A stretch of 64,000 nucleotides of DNA from Bdellovibrionales bacterium. GTDB taxonomy: Bacteria; Bdellovibrionota; Bdellovibrionia; Bdellovibrionales; UBA1609. The notes beneath the pieces were generated by a model that worked only from the letters and a program-made list of their open reading frames with translations, had not been told where the DNA came from and searched no databases. Position numbers and translations under genes: made by a program. Numbering within the stretch: the first letter of the stretch is position 1; every line of letters starts with the position of its first letter. Positions 11,274-21,232 of this stretch are shown here, one piece after another. The stretch is from NCBI GenBank assembly GCA_965200875.1, contig OZ241456.1, forward strand, positions 864,001 to 928,000, read 5' to 3'.

Positions 11274-11329
11274 AACTTTATACACCACCTGTTCAGTAAG
11301 TAAAAAGTAACCCTAAAAAGGATAAAATT

Positions 11330-11968
11330 TTGAGACATCAGAAAAATAAAAATTCCTCTTTTGGAAGACATAGAGGCCCAAGAAAAGCTCTTGTAAGAGG
11401 ATTGGTACAAAGCTTGGTGGAAAAAGAAAGAATTAAAACCACTTTACCTAAGGCTAAATGTGTGCGCCCGCTGGTTGAAAAAGCGGTGACAATGGGAAAG
11501 AGAGACGATATTCATTCCCGCCGTCTACTTTTTTCTCGTTATCCCAACAAAAAAACAGTGGATAAAATCCTGAGTGTTCTTTCCCCTCGTTTTAAAGATC
11601 GTCCGGGAGGTTATACTCGTATTATAAAGCTTGGGTTTCGTGCAGGCGATAAAGCACCTTTAGCTTACATTGAGTTTGTGGATTATAATAATCAAATAGG
11701 AAATTTAAAAGAAACCAAAACTGAATCCGTAACACAAATGTCTGAAAAAAAATCCGCAGAGAAAGAAAAACAACAAAAAGCTACATTAGAAAAAGCTCCT
11801 AGAAAAACTGCCGGGAAAGCTGAAAAACAATCACTCAAAAAGCCCGCCAATAAAATTGCTGACGACAAAAAACAGAAAAAACTTGCGTTGGCCAAAATAG
11901 ACAAAAAAAGAAAAAAATCTCGTCAACAGGAAAAAAAATCCCGGCGCGGAAACCGCAAAAGAAGGTAA
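11330..11968 (+). CDS. rplQ: 50S ribosomal protein L17 with Lys-rich C-terminal extension
   Basis: MRHQK.., IKTTLPKAK, RPGGYTRIIKLG. Confidence 0.96.
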   Translation: MRHQKNKNSSFGRHRGPRKALVRGLVQSLVEKERIKTTLPKAKCVRPLVEKAVTMGKRDDIHSRRLLFSRYPNKKTVDKILSVLSPRFKDRPGGYTRIIKLGFRAGDKAPLAYIEFVDYNNQIGNLKETKTESVTQMSEKKSAEKEKQQKATLEKAPRKTAGKAEKQSLKKPANKIADDKKQKKLALAKIDKKRKKSRQQEKKSRRGNRKRR

Positions 11969-11976
11969 ATTCCAAG

Positions 11977-12519
11977 TTATTGCAAAAGAGTTAATTGATC
12001 ATTTTCCATCTGCACTTTGAAGGTTTGGACTCTTTTGGCAGGTTGTCCTTTCTCTCTCACGAGAGCGGAAAATTCTATTATGGCAGTATCTGATTCATCT
12101 TTTAGGATAGAAACAACAGACAGGTTCAAACCAAGTAAAACAGAGTGGATAAGTGTTTTTCCGTCAAATAAAACCGAGTAAGTTCTATTTGTTTTGCTGT
12201 CCGGGTTTTTTATAAAAACTCTGATACTGGTAATCACTTTATTGTTATTCAGTAAAACCCCTCTTTTTCGTGCAGTGATTTCCACAGAACCAGAAGAAGC
12301 ATACAGGTATTTGTCCAGCTTGACTATTGCTTGCTCGTACGGAAGCTTGTTATCCATATCAGAAATATCAATTTTAGAATTTACTAAAAGCTGATTTATT
12401 TTGGCCATTCTTTCCTGTTCAGAAAGTGCGTTTTTTTGTGTATTATCGCTTGATTGACTCTCACAAGCTGGCAAAAAAATGAGTATTAAAAAATATTTAA
12501 GAAAAAAATTATTAACCAT
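11977..12519 (-). CDS. Hypothetical lipoprotein
   Basis: ORF 11977..12588; likely start MVNNFF at 12519, hydrophobic stretch and lipobox LPAC. Confidence 0.65.
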   Translation of the reverse strand: MVNNFFLKYFLILIFLPACESQSSDNTQKNALSEQERMAKINQLLVNSKIDISDMDNKLPYEQAIVKLDKYLYASSGSVEITARKRGVLLNNNKVITSIRVFIKNPDSKTNRTYSVLFDGKTLIHSVLLGLNLSVVSILKDESDTAIIEFSALVREKGQPAKRVQTFKVQMENDQLTLLQ

Positions 12520-12533
12520 TATCAAAAATAAAA

Positions 12534-13502
12534 CTATTGTTTTGTTTTTTTCCATTTCATAAAAAGGTTTTCTGTCGCGTCTTTCCACTGAGGGAATCGA
12601 AAATTAAATTTGTTGTCCAACAGTATTTTAGGGACAGCATAGCGACTTTTAAGAGACAGTTCAGAATCTATTTGTGTTATGTAAGAAGCTAATTCCACCA
12701 TCCATTTTGTGGCGGGAAGGCCAAATTTTATACCGGCTGTTTCTCTCAAAATTTTCATAAACTCACCTTGAGAAAGAGGATATGGAGAACACAGATTAAC
12801 CGGGCCAGATATATTGGTATTTTTTAATATAAATTTTATAGAATTAACAAAGTCGTCAGCATGTATCCAGGTAATCATAGGTGTCCCACCAGCAATAGGG
12901 CCCCCTAAGCCCCAACGGCTAAGCTTTAAAAAAATGTCAAAAGCTGTTCCTTTGCGTGATCCCATTACGATACCAGAGCGAGCTAATACTTTTCTGGTTT
13001 TCTCTGTTTTAGAGCTGTTAACAGTTTTTTCCCAATCTTGGACCAATTCTGAAATTTTTTTCCATGTTCTGGGCATTTCAGGCTTTTCCCCAATTTTTCC
13101 GGTTTCTTCATCGTGGGGAGTATCAAAACTATGGGCGTAAATAGTGGAAGAACTCATTTGAATCCATACAGGAGGTGGTTTTTGAGCTTGTTGGATAGCC
13201 TGCCCAACAACCTCTGTGGATAAAACTCTGGAATCTTTAAGCGTTTTTAAGATTTTATCTGTGTAAAAACATGTTACATTTTTGCCAGTCATGTTGATCA
13301 CTACATCCGCGCCATCAATTTCCTTGGCCCATTCTCCCAAAGTATGAGCATCCCAAGGAACCAGCCGGACCTGTCGGGAAACAGACCCATCTCCGCCACT
13401 TCTGCTTAATACCACTAAATCATGTTTTTCAGTATCAAAGAGAAAAGCTTCGATAAGAAGATGTCCCAGAAAACCTGACCCACCGGGAATGACTATTTTC
13501 AT
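12534..13502 (-). CDS. TIGR01777/YfcH-family NAD-dependent epimerase (DUF1731)
   Basis: MKIVIPGGSGFLG, GLGGPIAGG, WIHADD, GPVNLCSP. Confidence 0.88.
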   Translation of the reverse strand: MKIVIPGGSGFLGHLLIEAFLFDTEKHDLVVLSRSGGDGSVSRQVRLVPWDAHTLGEWAKEIDGADVVINMTGKNVTCFYTDKILKTLKDSRVLSTEVVGQAIQQAQKPPPVWIQMSSSTIYAHSFDTPHDEETGKIGEKPEMPRTWKKISELVQDWEKTVNSSKTEKTRKVLARSGIVMGSRKGTAFDIFLKLSRWGLGGPIAGGTPMITWIHADDFVNSIKFILKNTNISGPVNLCSPYPLSQGEFMKILRETAGIKFGLPATKWMVELASYITQIDSELSLKSRYAVPKILLDNKFNFRFPQWKDATENLFMKWKKTKQ

Positions 13503-13572
13503 ATTTTTTCCTCAAGAAACAAAATACTGCAATAACTTTGCTTTTTCAAGATAAACTTGTGTATTGTAAAAA

Positions 13573-13646
13573 AGCGGGTGATGGGATTCGAACCCACGAC
13601 CTCAACCTTGGCAAGGTTGCGCTCTAGCCAGCTGAGCTACACCCGC
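13573..13646 (-). tRNA. tRNA-Gly(GCC), CCA not encoded
   Basis: GCGGGTGTAGCTCAGCTGGCTAGAGCGCAACCTTGCCAAGGTTGAGGTCGTGGGTTCGAATCCCATCACCCGCT. Confidence 0.97.
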
Positions 13647-13672
13647 ATATTTGAAAGAAGATTGCCAATAGA

Positions 13673-13702
13673 ATTATAAGGAACAGTATTTCAAAATGCC
13701 AA
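13673..13702 (-). promoter_or_regulatory. Putative sigma70 promoter of tRNA-Gly
   Basis: TTGGCA-N18-TATAAT. Confidence 0.5.
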
Positions 13703-13752
13703 GGAAAGTATATCATCCACATCTACAATAGTCCAGCCTTTCCAATATAGAA

Positions 13753-13808
13753 GCCCGTGAAAAAGTATGTTATTTTGACTGGTTTTTCAGTTTTCCAATG
13801 AAAAAAAG
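13753..13808 (+). repeat. Dispersed repeat, internally deleted copy C
   Basis: GCCCGTGAAAAAGTATGTTATTTT joined to GACTGGTTTTTCAGTTTT; both halves match copies A, B and D. Confidence 0.6.
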
Positions 13809-14385
13809 TGTGATAAATGAAACACTGATTTTTTCAATGGAATCTGCGATGATTACAGATAAAGAGGTAGATAGAAGAATTAAAGCCCGTGTCACAAAGC
13901 GTGTTAAACAGATATGCGTACAATTCGAAAAAGATCTCAATCAAAAAACCATTTTCTATATTGTATGGTCCTTAATGGGAATTTTGTTATTAAATGTTTC
14001 TTTCCCCAAACCTGTCTATTATAGTAGCTTGTCTTTAATGACCATAATTTTTTTATATATAGTAATAATTTCTTTTAAACCTTTAAAGAAATTCCTGTCT
14101 TTCATCAATAATTTTGAATCCAATATTAGAAAAATTGTACAAACAGAAATTCAATCAGCGACACAAGAATCTTGGATCACAAACATAGGTTTTTGGTTGA
14201 GTAGCCGAAATCAGAAAGATTGTGAAAATCTGGCAATAGCCTTTTCTGTTCGAGAGTTATTGAAATTAATGAAAAAATACAAAATCATCTTGGGCATTCG
14301 TATTTTTGCTTATATAGTGGCTTTGTTCTTACTGAGAGAAGTGTTAATCCACATTATTAACACATTATTAAATAGTGACTCGTGA
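13798..14385 (+). CDS. Hypothetical membrane protein
   Basis: 195-aa ORF with about 3 hydrophobic segments; start uncertain. Confidence 0.6.
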   Translation: MKKSVINETLIFSMESAMITDKEVDRRIKARVTKRVKQICVQFEKDLNQKTIFYIVWSLMGILLLNVSFPKPVYYSSLSLMTIIFLYIVIISFKPLKKFLSFINNFESNIRKIVQTEIQSATQESWITNIGFWLSSRNQKDCENLAIAFSVRELLKLMKKYKIILGIRIFAYIVALFLLREVLIHIINTLLNSDS

Positions 14386-14431
14386 AAAAATATGTTAAAT
14401 AAACAACAAAAATATAACCCAAGGCCATTAA

Positions 14432-17400
14432 GTGAACACTTTAACCAATTCACAAATCCGCTCAACAAGCACTGTAAGCAAAACACACCCTAAACCTGAA
14501 ACAAACGGGAAAACTGCTGTCAATAAAACAGCCCCGTTTGTGCATCTCCATGTACATACCCATTATTCTCTTTTAAGATCCTCTTGTACAATCTCAGGCT
14601 TGGTGAATAAATGCGAGGAATACTCTCAGTCAGCTCTGGCCATTACAGATTATGGCAATATGTTTGGAGTGCTGGATTTATACTTTAAAGCCAAGGACAA
14701 AGGCATTCAACCTATACTTGGACTGGAGATATACCTTACTGACAGCCATCGCTCAGAGAAAAAAAGCTATGCCTTATCCGGTTCCATGTCTTCTGCCTTT
14801 CAGGTTGGAAATCCCTCCCTAGTTCTTTTAGCGCAAAATGTGGAAGGATACAGAAACCTCTGTAGAATCAACACAATTGCCTATCAGGAAGGTTTTTACT
14901 ATGTCCCCAGAGTGGATTATGAAACTTTAGAAAAATATAATAGCTCTCTTATTGCTTTAACCGGAGGAATTAATGGATTAGTGCCTCAAATATGTTTAAG
15001 AAAAGGGCAGGATAAAGCTTTGGAAATCATTAGAAAATTAAAAAATATTTACCAAGACCGGTTTTACCTTCAGCTGAATCGAACAGGACTTAAAGAGTGG
15101 AATCAAATCAATGATTTTCTTTTGTCAGCTGGTAAAATCACAAAAACAAGTCTTACAGCTGGCAATGATGTGCATTACCTGAATAATTCGGATTATATTG
15201 TACAGGATGTGTTGTTTTGTATCGGAGCCAATAGAACATTAAGGGACCAGGATCGATTTAAGTTAAAATCAGAGCAATTTTATTTCAAAAATTCCAGAGA
15301 AATGAGAGATCTGTTTGCAGATATCCCTGAAGTATGTGACACCACTTTGGAAATCAGTTCCCGTTGTCAAGTTCAGTTTCAGCTCAAAAGAAATGGACGA
15401 CCTATATACCATCTCCCCAAATTAAACCGACCGGGGTTTGAGTTTGATGAACTTCCCAATAATTTAACACAAGTGAAAAACAAGTTTTCATCTGCGAACC
15501 AGCCCCTGCCCAACAAACTGCCTTTGCAAAAACAGGAGCTAAACCTTCAAAAAGAAACACAAAAAGAAACACAAAAAAAACAATCAAACAACAAATCTCC
15601 CTCTCTGAAATTAAGGGAACTGAGCTACATAGGATTGGAAAAAAGATGTGGGGAATCCAAATTGGATTTCACTGCAGAAGAAAATAGACAAAAATACACA
15701 AAAAGGCTGGAAGAGGAATTAAAAATCATCACAGATATGGGGTTTGCAGACTACTTCCTGATTGTTTATGATTTTGTTCATTGGGCAAAAAAAGAGGATA
15801 TTCCCGTTGGCCCAGGGCGAGGTTCAGGAGCCAGTTCCTTAGTAGCCTATTGTTTGGAAATTACGGATTTAGATCCTATGCCCTACAATTTGCTATTTGA
15901 AAGATTTTTAAACCCTGAGAGAATTTCCCTCCCTGATTTTGATATTGATTTTTGTCAGGAAAACAGAAATCGCGTCATTGAATATGTGAGCAAGAGATAT
16001 GGCAAAGATTATGTGGCCCAGGTAATGACTTATGGAAGATTACAGGCCCGTGCGGCCATTCGGGATGTGGGGCGTGTATTGGGAATGAGCTACGCGGAAG
16101 TGGATCAAGTCGCCAAACTGATACCGGAGCGATTGGGCATTACTTTGAATGAAGCCATGAAAGATAATCAAAGATTACATGAGCTGATAGAAGCCGATCC
16201 TCAAATTAACAATTTAATGAATTTAGCTCGTCAGATTGAAGGGCTTATTCGTCATGTCAGCATCCATGCGGCAGGGGTGATTATTGCAGACCATCCTATT
16301 ATTGATTATGCCCCTCTTTACCGAGGGACGGAAGGGGAGAATATTATCCAATGTGATCTGAATCTTTCCAAAAAAATAGGCTTGGTCAAGTTTGATTTTC
16401 TGGGATTAAAAACTTTAACCCAAGTTCATTCTGCTTTTAAAATGATTGCCCAAAATAAAAACGAACAAATTTCTGTTAAAGATATTTCTTTGGAGGATAA
16501 AGGTATTTATAAAATTATGTGTAAAGGAGACACCAAAGGGGTGTTTCAATTTGAAGGAGAGGGAATCACTGATTTGATTATCAAGGCACAACCTTCCTGT
16601 TTTGAGGATATTGTGGCCATCAACGCGCTTTTTCGTCCAGGTCCTATGGATATGATCTCTTCCTATCTGGATCGAAAAAAAGGAAAAGTAAAAGTGGAAT
16701 ATCTGTTTCCTGAACTAGAGACTATTTTAAAAGAAACTTATGGAGTTATTGTATATCAGGAACAGGTTTTGTTGATTGCCGCAAAAATTGCAGGATATAG
16801 TTACGGGGAAGCGGATGTTTTAAGAAGAGCAATGGGGGAGAAAAAAACAGATGTGATGAAAAAACAAAAAAATCGTTTCCTGACAGGTGCTAAAGAAAAT
16901 GGATATAACAAAAAAAAATCAGAGAAGCTTTTTGACTTAGTGGAGGAGTTTGCCAAATATGGGTTCAATAAATCACATGCGGCGGCTTATTGTGTGTTGG
17001 CAGCTCAAACAGCTTGGCTTAAAAAACATTATCCTGTGGAGTTTTTTGCTTCCCTGCTTTCAATGGAAATCAATAACATAGATAAAATAGTTCGTTATGT
17101 GAGAGATACTGAAAAACACAAAATACAGTTACTTCCTCCTCATATTAATCATTCTGAGTACTTTTTTACTCCTGTTGGGAATAAAATTTATTTTTCTCTG
17201 GGAGCTATTAAAGGAGTGGGATATTCTGCTGTAAATCACATTATTCAAGTCAGAAAACAATTACAAGATGAACAGTTTAAATCTGTTCAACAGTTTTTTG
17301 AAAATGCAGATATGAAGAAAATAAATAAAAAGTGTATGGAATCTCTTGTAAAAGCTGGTGCTTTTGATGGAATGGAATTAAATAGAAATGAAATACTGAC

Positions 17401-18172
17401 AAATTATGAAAGCTTGATAGAACAAGTGGATCAGAGAAAAGAGGAAAAAGAGTCCGGGCAAATTAATTTATTTACCTCTCAAAAGGAGTCTTCAGTTTTT
17501 ATGCACAAAAAATATCCTGAATGGAGTTGTTCCGTTCGACTGAAATATGAAAAATCTGTTATTGGATTTTATTTGAGTGGTCATCCTATGGATTATCTAA
17601 ACCCTTTTAGAAAAAATTGTGATTGTGATTCGATTGCGTCTCTGAATGAAAAGGAGCACAAAGCTACAGTTTATGTTTGGGGTATATTAAGCGAGTTTCG
17701 TGAAGTCACGACCAGAAAGGGTCTACAAATAGCCTTTGCGCAACTGGAAGATGGCACAGGAGTCTTGGAAACTGTGTTTTTTTCAGATGTATATTCAAGA
17801 TTTGCAACACAAATTCGCTTAGCTGAAGAACCTTTTGTAATTAAAGGCAATCTTATAAAGGATAAGGATAAAGATAAACAGATCAAATTATTCGCTCAAG
17901 AGTTGATTTCAGTAAGTAGCCAGCTCAACAATCGTTCCAGTGGTGTTATTCTATTACTAAGTGAACATGAACAGAGTAAATTACCTGATTTAAAAAAAAT
18001 ATTGGATCAATATACAGGAAAAGTTCCTCTATATTTTAATGTGAAACTGGGAAAACCTTCTAAGATCGTATGTTTAAGATCTAAATCTTTTCCGGGTGTA
18101 ACTCTTAGTCCGAGTTTTTTGGAGCAAATACAAAAAACAATGGGAGGAGAAAATAAAGTACAAATTTATTAA
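14432..18172 (+). CDS. dnaE: DNA polymerase III alpha subunit
   Basis: PHP FVHLHVHT, GPGRGSGA, PDFDIDF, HAAG, KFDFLGL, YGFNKSHA. Confidence 0.98.
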   Translation: MNTLTNSQIRSTSTVSKTHPKPETNGKTAVNKTAPFVHLHVHTHYSLLRSSCTISGLVNKCEEYSQSALAITDYGNMFGVLDLYFKAKDKGIQPILGLEIYLTDSHRSEKKSYALSGSMSSAFQVGNPSLVLLAQNVEGYRNLCRINTIAYQEGFYYVPRVDYETLEKYNSSLIALTGGINGLVPQICLRKGQDKALEIIRKLKNIYQDRFYLQLNRTGLKEWNQINDFLLSAGKITKTSLTAGNDVHYLNNSDYIVQDVLFCIGANRTLRDQDRFKLKSEQFYFKNSREMRDLFADIPEVCDTTLEISSRCQVQFQLKRNGRPIYHLPKLNRPGFEFDELPNNLTQVKNKFSSANQPLPNKLPLQKQELNLQKETQKETQKKQSNNKSPSLKLRELSYIGLEKRCGESKLDFTAEENRQKYTKRLEEELKIITDMGFADYFLIVYDFVHWAKKEDIPVGPGRGSGASSLVAYCLEITDLDPMPYNLLFERFLNPERISLPDFDIDFCQENRNRVIEYVSKRYGKDYVAQVMTYGRLQARAAIRDVGRVLGMSYAEVDQVAKLIPERLGITLNEAMKDNQRLHELIEADPQINNLMNLARQIEGLIRHVSIHAAGVIIADHPIIDYAPLYRGTEGENIIQCDLNLSKKIGLVKFDFLGLKTLTQVHSAFKMIAQNKNEQISVKDISLEDKGIYKIMCKGDTKGVFQFEGEGITDLIIKAQPSCFEDIVAINALFRPGPMDMISSYLDRKKGKVKVEYLFPELETILKETYGVIVYQEQVLLIAAKIAGYSYGEADVLRRAMGEKKTDVMKKQKNRFLTGAKENGYNKKKSEKLFDLVEEFAKYGFNKSHAAAYCVLAAQTAWLKKHYPVEFFASLLSMEINNIDKIVRYVRDTEKHKIQLLPPHINHSEYFFTPVGNKIYFSLGAIKGVGYSAVNHIIQVRKQLQDEQFKSVQQFFENADMKKINKKCMESLVKAGAFDGMELNRNEILTNYESLIEQVDQRKEEKESGQINLFTSQKESSVFMHKKYPEWSCSVRLKYEKSVIGFYLSGHPMDYLNPFRKNCDCDSIASLNEKEHKATVYVWGILSEFREVTTRKGLQIAFAQLEDGTGVLETVFFSDVYSRFATQIRLAEEPFVIKGNLIKDKDKDKQIKLFAQELISVSSQLNNRSSGVILLLSEHEQSKLPDLKKILDQYTGKVPLYFNVKLGKPSKIVCLRSKSFPGVTLSPSFLEQIQKTMGGENKVQIY

Positions 18173-18272
18173 TTTTTTTACGGAATATTATTCAAAATTT
18201 TACAAACTGAAAGGGCTTGTTACTTGTTTTTTACTGTTTATTGTATCATTTGTCTACGGTGGTGAAACTATT

Positions 18273-19352
18273 TTGGAAATAAAACAAAGTGCTCCAAACA
18301 CTAAAAAAGCAGTTCAGACAGCCATACAACAGGTATCCAACGATTTGATGGAACAATTTATTGAACCAAAAAAATTAAAGGAACAAAAAAAACAAATACA
18401 AAAAATAATATCAACATATTCCAACCGTTATATCTTGTATACGCATACGGCTTCACCAACAAAAAAGGATGATTTTTTTGTTATCACTGTAACAATCGGA
18501 TTTTCAGAGGAAAATCTGAAAAAAATTTTACTGGAAGAGGATCTTTTTTATTCCGGTGCTTCTCAGCTGAGAATTTTGCCTCTTATTTTATTTGAAGATC
18601 TGGTGGAGCGGGAAAGCTACGGCTGGTGGAGAGAGAAAAAAACAGGTTCTAAAGATATAAAACAGCAAATTAACACATTTTACAACCAGATACAGGAAAC
18701 ACTGATGTCTTATGGCTTTTTTCTCATCAACCCGGAACAGGCGGGTAGCGTCTATTTTATCCCGGAAGATCTAAAATTTAAAACCCCAAAAAAAAGCAGT
18801 ATTTTTAAGTTGGCTCAATTTTTTCAATCCCATCTTGTGATGGCTGGGTCCGTGAAAATCAGAGAATCTGATATAGATTCCATTTTAAATTTAAAGCTGA
18901 CGATTGCCGTTTATCATGCAAAAAGTGGTCGATTATTGTCAGAAATAGAACGGCTTGAAAAAATTCCGAGGAAGAAAAACCAGAAAGTTATGCCTGTTGC
19001 CTTTTTTTTGAAAAAAAACAAAAACTTTGCAAAAGGACTGGGAGCACAACTTAAATACATCTACCAAGCCGGTCAAATTTCATCCAACCTGCTCAAAATC
19101 ACTGTAAAAGGAAACCTGAGTTACAGATCTTCCAACCAATTTCAACGGCTGTTGATCTCCAAGATCAAAAATATAAAAGATCTGACAGAAAATATCATCA
19201 AATTTGATTCCATTACTTACATAGCAAACACAAACGCTGATATTGAGAATATTTCACAAAAAATCAAAGACACTTTGTTTCCTGGTTTTTATGTTTATGT
19301 CTCCAAGGTCAAAAAAAATGAAATTACTTTAAAGGTGGCTCTCAAAAAATAA
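18273..19352 (+). CDS. Hypothetical exported protein (true start probably upstream)
   Basis: 359-aa ORF; the in-frame upstream sequence encodes signal-like KLKGLVTCFLLFIVSFVYG. Confidence 0.7.
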   Translation: MEIKQSAPNTKKAVQTAIQQVSNDLMEQFIEPKKLKEQKKQIQKIISTYSNRYILYTHTASPTKKDDFFVITVTIGFSEENLKKILLEEDLFYSGASQLRILPLILFEDLVERESYGWWREKKTGSKDIKQQINTFYNQIQETLMSYGFFLINPEQAGSVYFIPEDLKFKTPKKSSIFKLAQFFQSHLVMAGSVKIRESDIDSILNLKLTIAVYHAKSGRLLSEIERLEKIPRKKNQKVMPVAFFLKKNKNFAKGLGAQLKYIYQAGQISSNLLKITVKGNLSYRSSNQFQRLLISKIKNIKDLTENIIKFDSITYIANTNADIENISQKIKDTLFPGFYVYVSKVKKNEITLKVALKK

Positions 19353-19369
19353 CATACTTTTTCAAGGGC
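19344..19369 (-). repeat. Dispersed repeat, partial copy D
   Basis: Reverse complement GCCCTTGAAAAAGTATGTTATTTTTT matches 13753-13776 and 59299-59318. Confidence 0.6.
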
Positions 19370-19371
19370 CA

Positions 19372-19914
19372 CTACTTAAGGATAACTTTAATAGAGTGAA
19401 TTATTGCATCAGGTGGTCTGTGTTTTCCGGTTATGGGTGGGAAGTGTGCGGGATTAAAAATGTGATATTCTAGATCTTTATAATTTTGGACAACATACTC
19501 TGTGATTTCTGCAGGTTTGGGGTTAGCGTTGATATTAAGATATAAAGTCAGTGTAGTTGCATTATAAGGTTTTACAGGCGTATGGTAAGTCGCTGAACCT
19601 AAAAAAGCCCAAAACAGGGAATCCAGTTTTTCGGAATCAGCATTATGGGACACAATACTCATGCGGTATGTTTTGTTTGTCCTTCTGTTAAAAAAATATC
19701 CAAGAGGGCTGTTATTAATGTAGCGAAATTTTTTTGTTTTGTTTTCTCTATTAATCAGAGCAACAGAACCGGCAGGTACAGAATAACTTTTTGTAAAATC
19801 AAAAGTAACTTCTGAAGGCACATCATACTGATATTCGAAAGAATGATGATTTTTTTCCTTACAGTTGGCACTCAAGCTGACAAAAACAAAAAAGAAAATA
19901 CATATTTTTTTCAT
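19372..19914 (-). CDS. Hypothetical exported protein
   Basis: Signal peptide MKKICIFFFVFVSLSANC within ORF 19372..19953. Confidence 0.65.
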   Translation of the reverse strand: MKKICIFFFVFVSLSANCKEKNHHSFEYQYDVPSEVTFDFTKSYSVPAGSVALINRENKTKKFRYINNSPLGYFFNRRTNKTYRMSIVSHNADSEKLDSLFWAFLGSATYHTPVKPYNATTLTLYLNINANPKPAEITEYVVQNYKDLEYHIFNPAHFPPITGKHRPPDAIIHSIKVILK

Positions 19915-20031
19915 ATCTTTTCCTGACTTCAGCAGAGTTATCAATATTTGCAATATTTAAAATGTTTCATTATATTGATACAGATTTATATTTGAATTTA
20001 CCAGTATTTTTTCACAATATGAAAGGATAAA

Positions 20032-20724
20032 ATGGCAAAATCCGGTTTTAATTTCACTCAGTCACAAAGTTCTGTCGCTACTTTCAGTATTCAGTCTATA
20101 TGGAAAGGTAAAATACCTTATCAAAAAAGCCTGATTTCACAAGAGCAATTAAAAGATCAAATTTGTAAAAGCCAAAAAGCTTTTTTCATGGGTTTCGAGT
20201 GTCCAGCCTGTATTACTTTGGGGTTAAGAGGGAAAAAAGAAAAAGACCTAAGTAGCACTATTGAAGAGTACAAAAAAAAGCAAATAGAAGTTTTGACTGT
20301 CAAACGAGGAGGACAAGCCACTTTGCACGCCCCTGGACAGCTGGTTATTTATCCAATTATGGATCTGTTAAAATGGAAAATCCGTCCACGGGATTTTTTA
20401 TCTCTTTTAGAACAAATCACAATAACCACTTTAAAAGAGTATGGAGTGTCTACAGAAAAGACAGAAGACTCAGCCGGACTTTTTACAGAAAAAGGAAAAA
20501 TTGCTTTTTTTGGCATTCATATTTCAAGAGGAGTGAGTCAGCATGGGTTGGCTATCAATGTGCGAAATGATTTAGCACTTTTCAACTTAATCAGAAGTTG
20601 TGGTATATCTCATCGCCCGCATGATTCTTTTCAAAATCAAGGTGTGTGTTCGGATTTAAAAAGGGTTTTTTCTTGCTGGTGTAAAACAGCAAAATCCATT
20701 TTTTATTCCCGTGTGATGACTTAG
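20032..20724 (+). CDS. lipB: Lipoyl(octanoyl) transferase
   Basis: RGGQATLHAPGQLVIYPI, KIAFFGIHI, HGLAINV, CG. Confidence 0.92.
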   Translation: MAKSGFNFTQSQSSVATFSIQSIWKGKIPYQKSLISQEQLKDQICKSQKAFFMGFECPACITLGLRGKKEKDLSSTIEEYKKKQIEVLTVKRGGQATLHAPGQLVIYPIMDLLKWKIRPRDFLSLLEQITITTLKEYGVSTEKTEDSAGLFTEKGKIAFFGIHISRGVSQHGLAINVRNDLALFNLIRSCGISHRPHDSFQNQGVCSDLKRVFSCWCKTAKSIFYSRVMT

Positions 20725-20876
20725 TCGTGCATATAAAAGGTTTAGTGGGGGAGTTTTTTATAAAGTCAAATATCGAGAATTATTGCAGATCACTGTCTAG
20801 GGCGGATGCCAACCAAAACTGGTCGTCTGGTTTTTATTTGTTTGTAAAAAGAAAATGGTAGTGGTATAGTGTAAAT

Positions 20877-21215
20877 ATGGAAACTTTAGGAACACTTGTA
20901 CCTTTGGCTACTTTTATTATTGCCTTTTGTTCTTTATTAGGTGGGCTTGGTTTTGTCTTTAATCTTTTATTAGGGCCAATAAAAGTAAGTCTGGACCAGA
21001 TGAAGGACAATATGAACCATTTTCAGAAAGATATGGACCAGATGAAGGACAATCTGAACAATTTTAAGAACGATATGAACAATTTTAAGAACAATATGGA
21101 CCATTTTAAGCAAGATATGGACCAGGTTAAGGGCAATCAGGCGCGTATGGAACAACGAATGGATAAAATCGAGCTAAAGCTTGATCATTTACTTGAGTCA
21201 CAATCTCCTAAGTAA
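20877..21215 (+). CDS. Small membrane-anchored coiled-coil protein with 21-bp heptad repeats
   Basis: N-terminal TM segment then DQMKDNM/NHFQKDM/NNFKNDM repeats. Confidence 0.75.
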   Translation: METLGTLVPLATFIIAFCSLLGGLGFVFNLLLGPIKVSLDQMKDNMNHFQKDMDQMKDNLNNFKNDMNNFKNNMDHFKQDMDQVKGNQARMEQRMDKIELKLDHLLESQSPK

Positions 21216-21232
21216 AGAGATATAGATATATA

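Noticed and set aside
15400..15620. Intein in DnaE
   Set aside because: Insert is short and low-complexity, and lacks C/S...HN splice motifs
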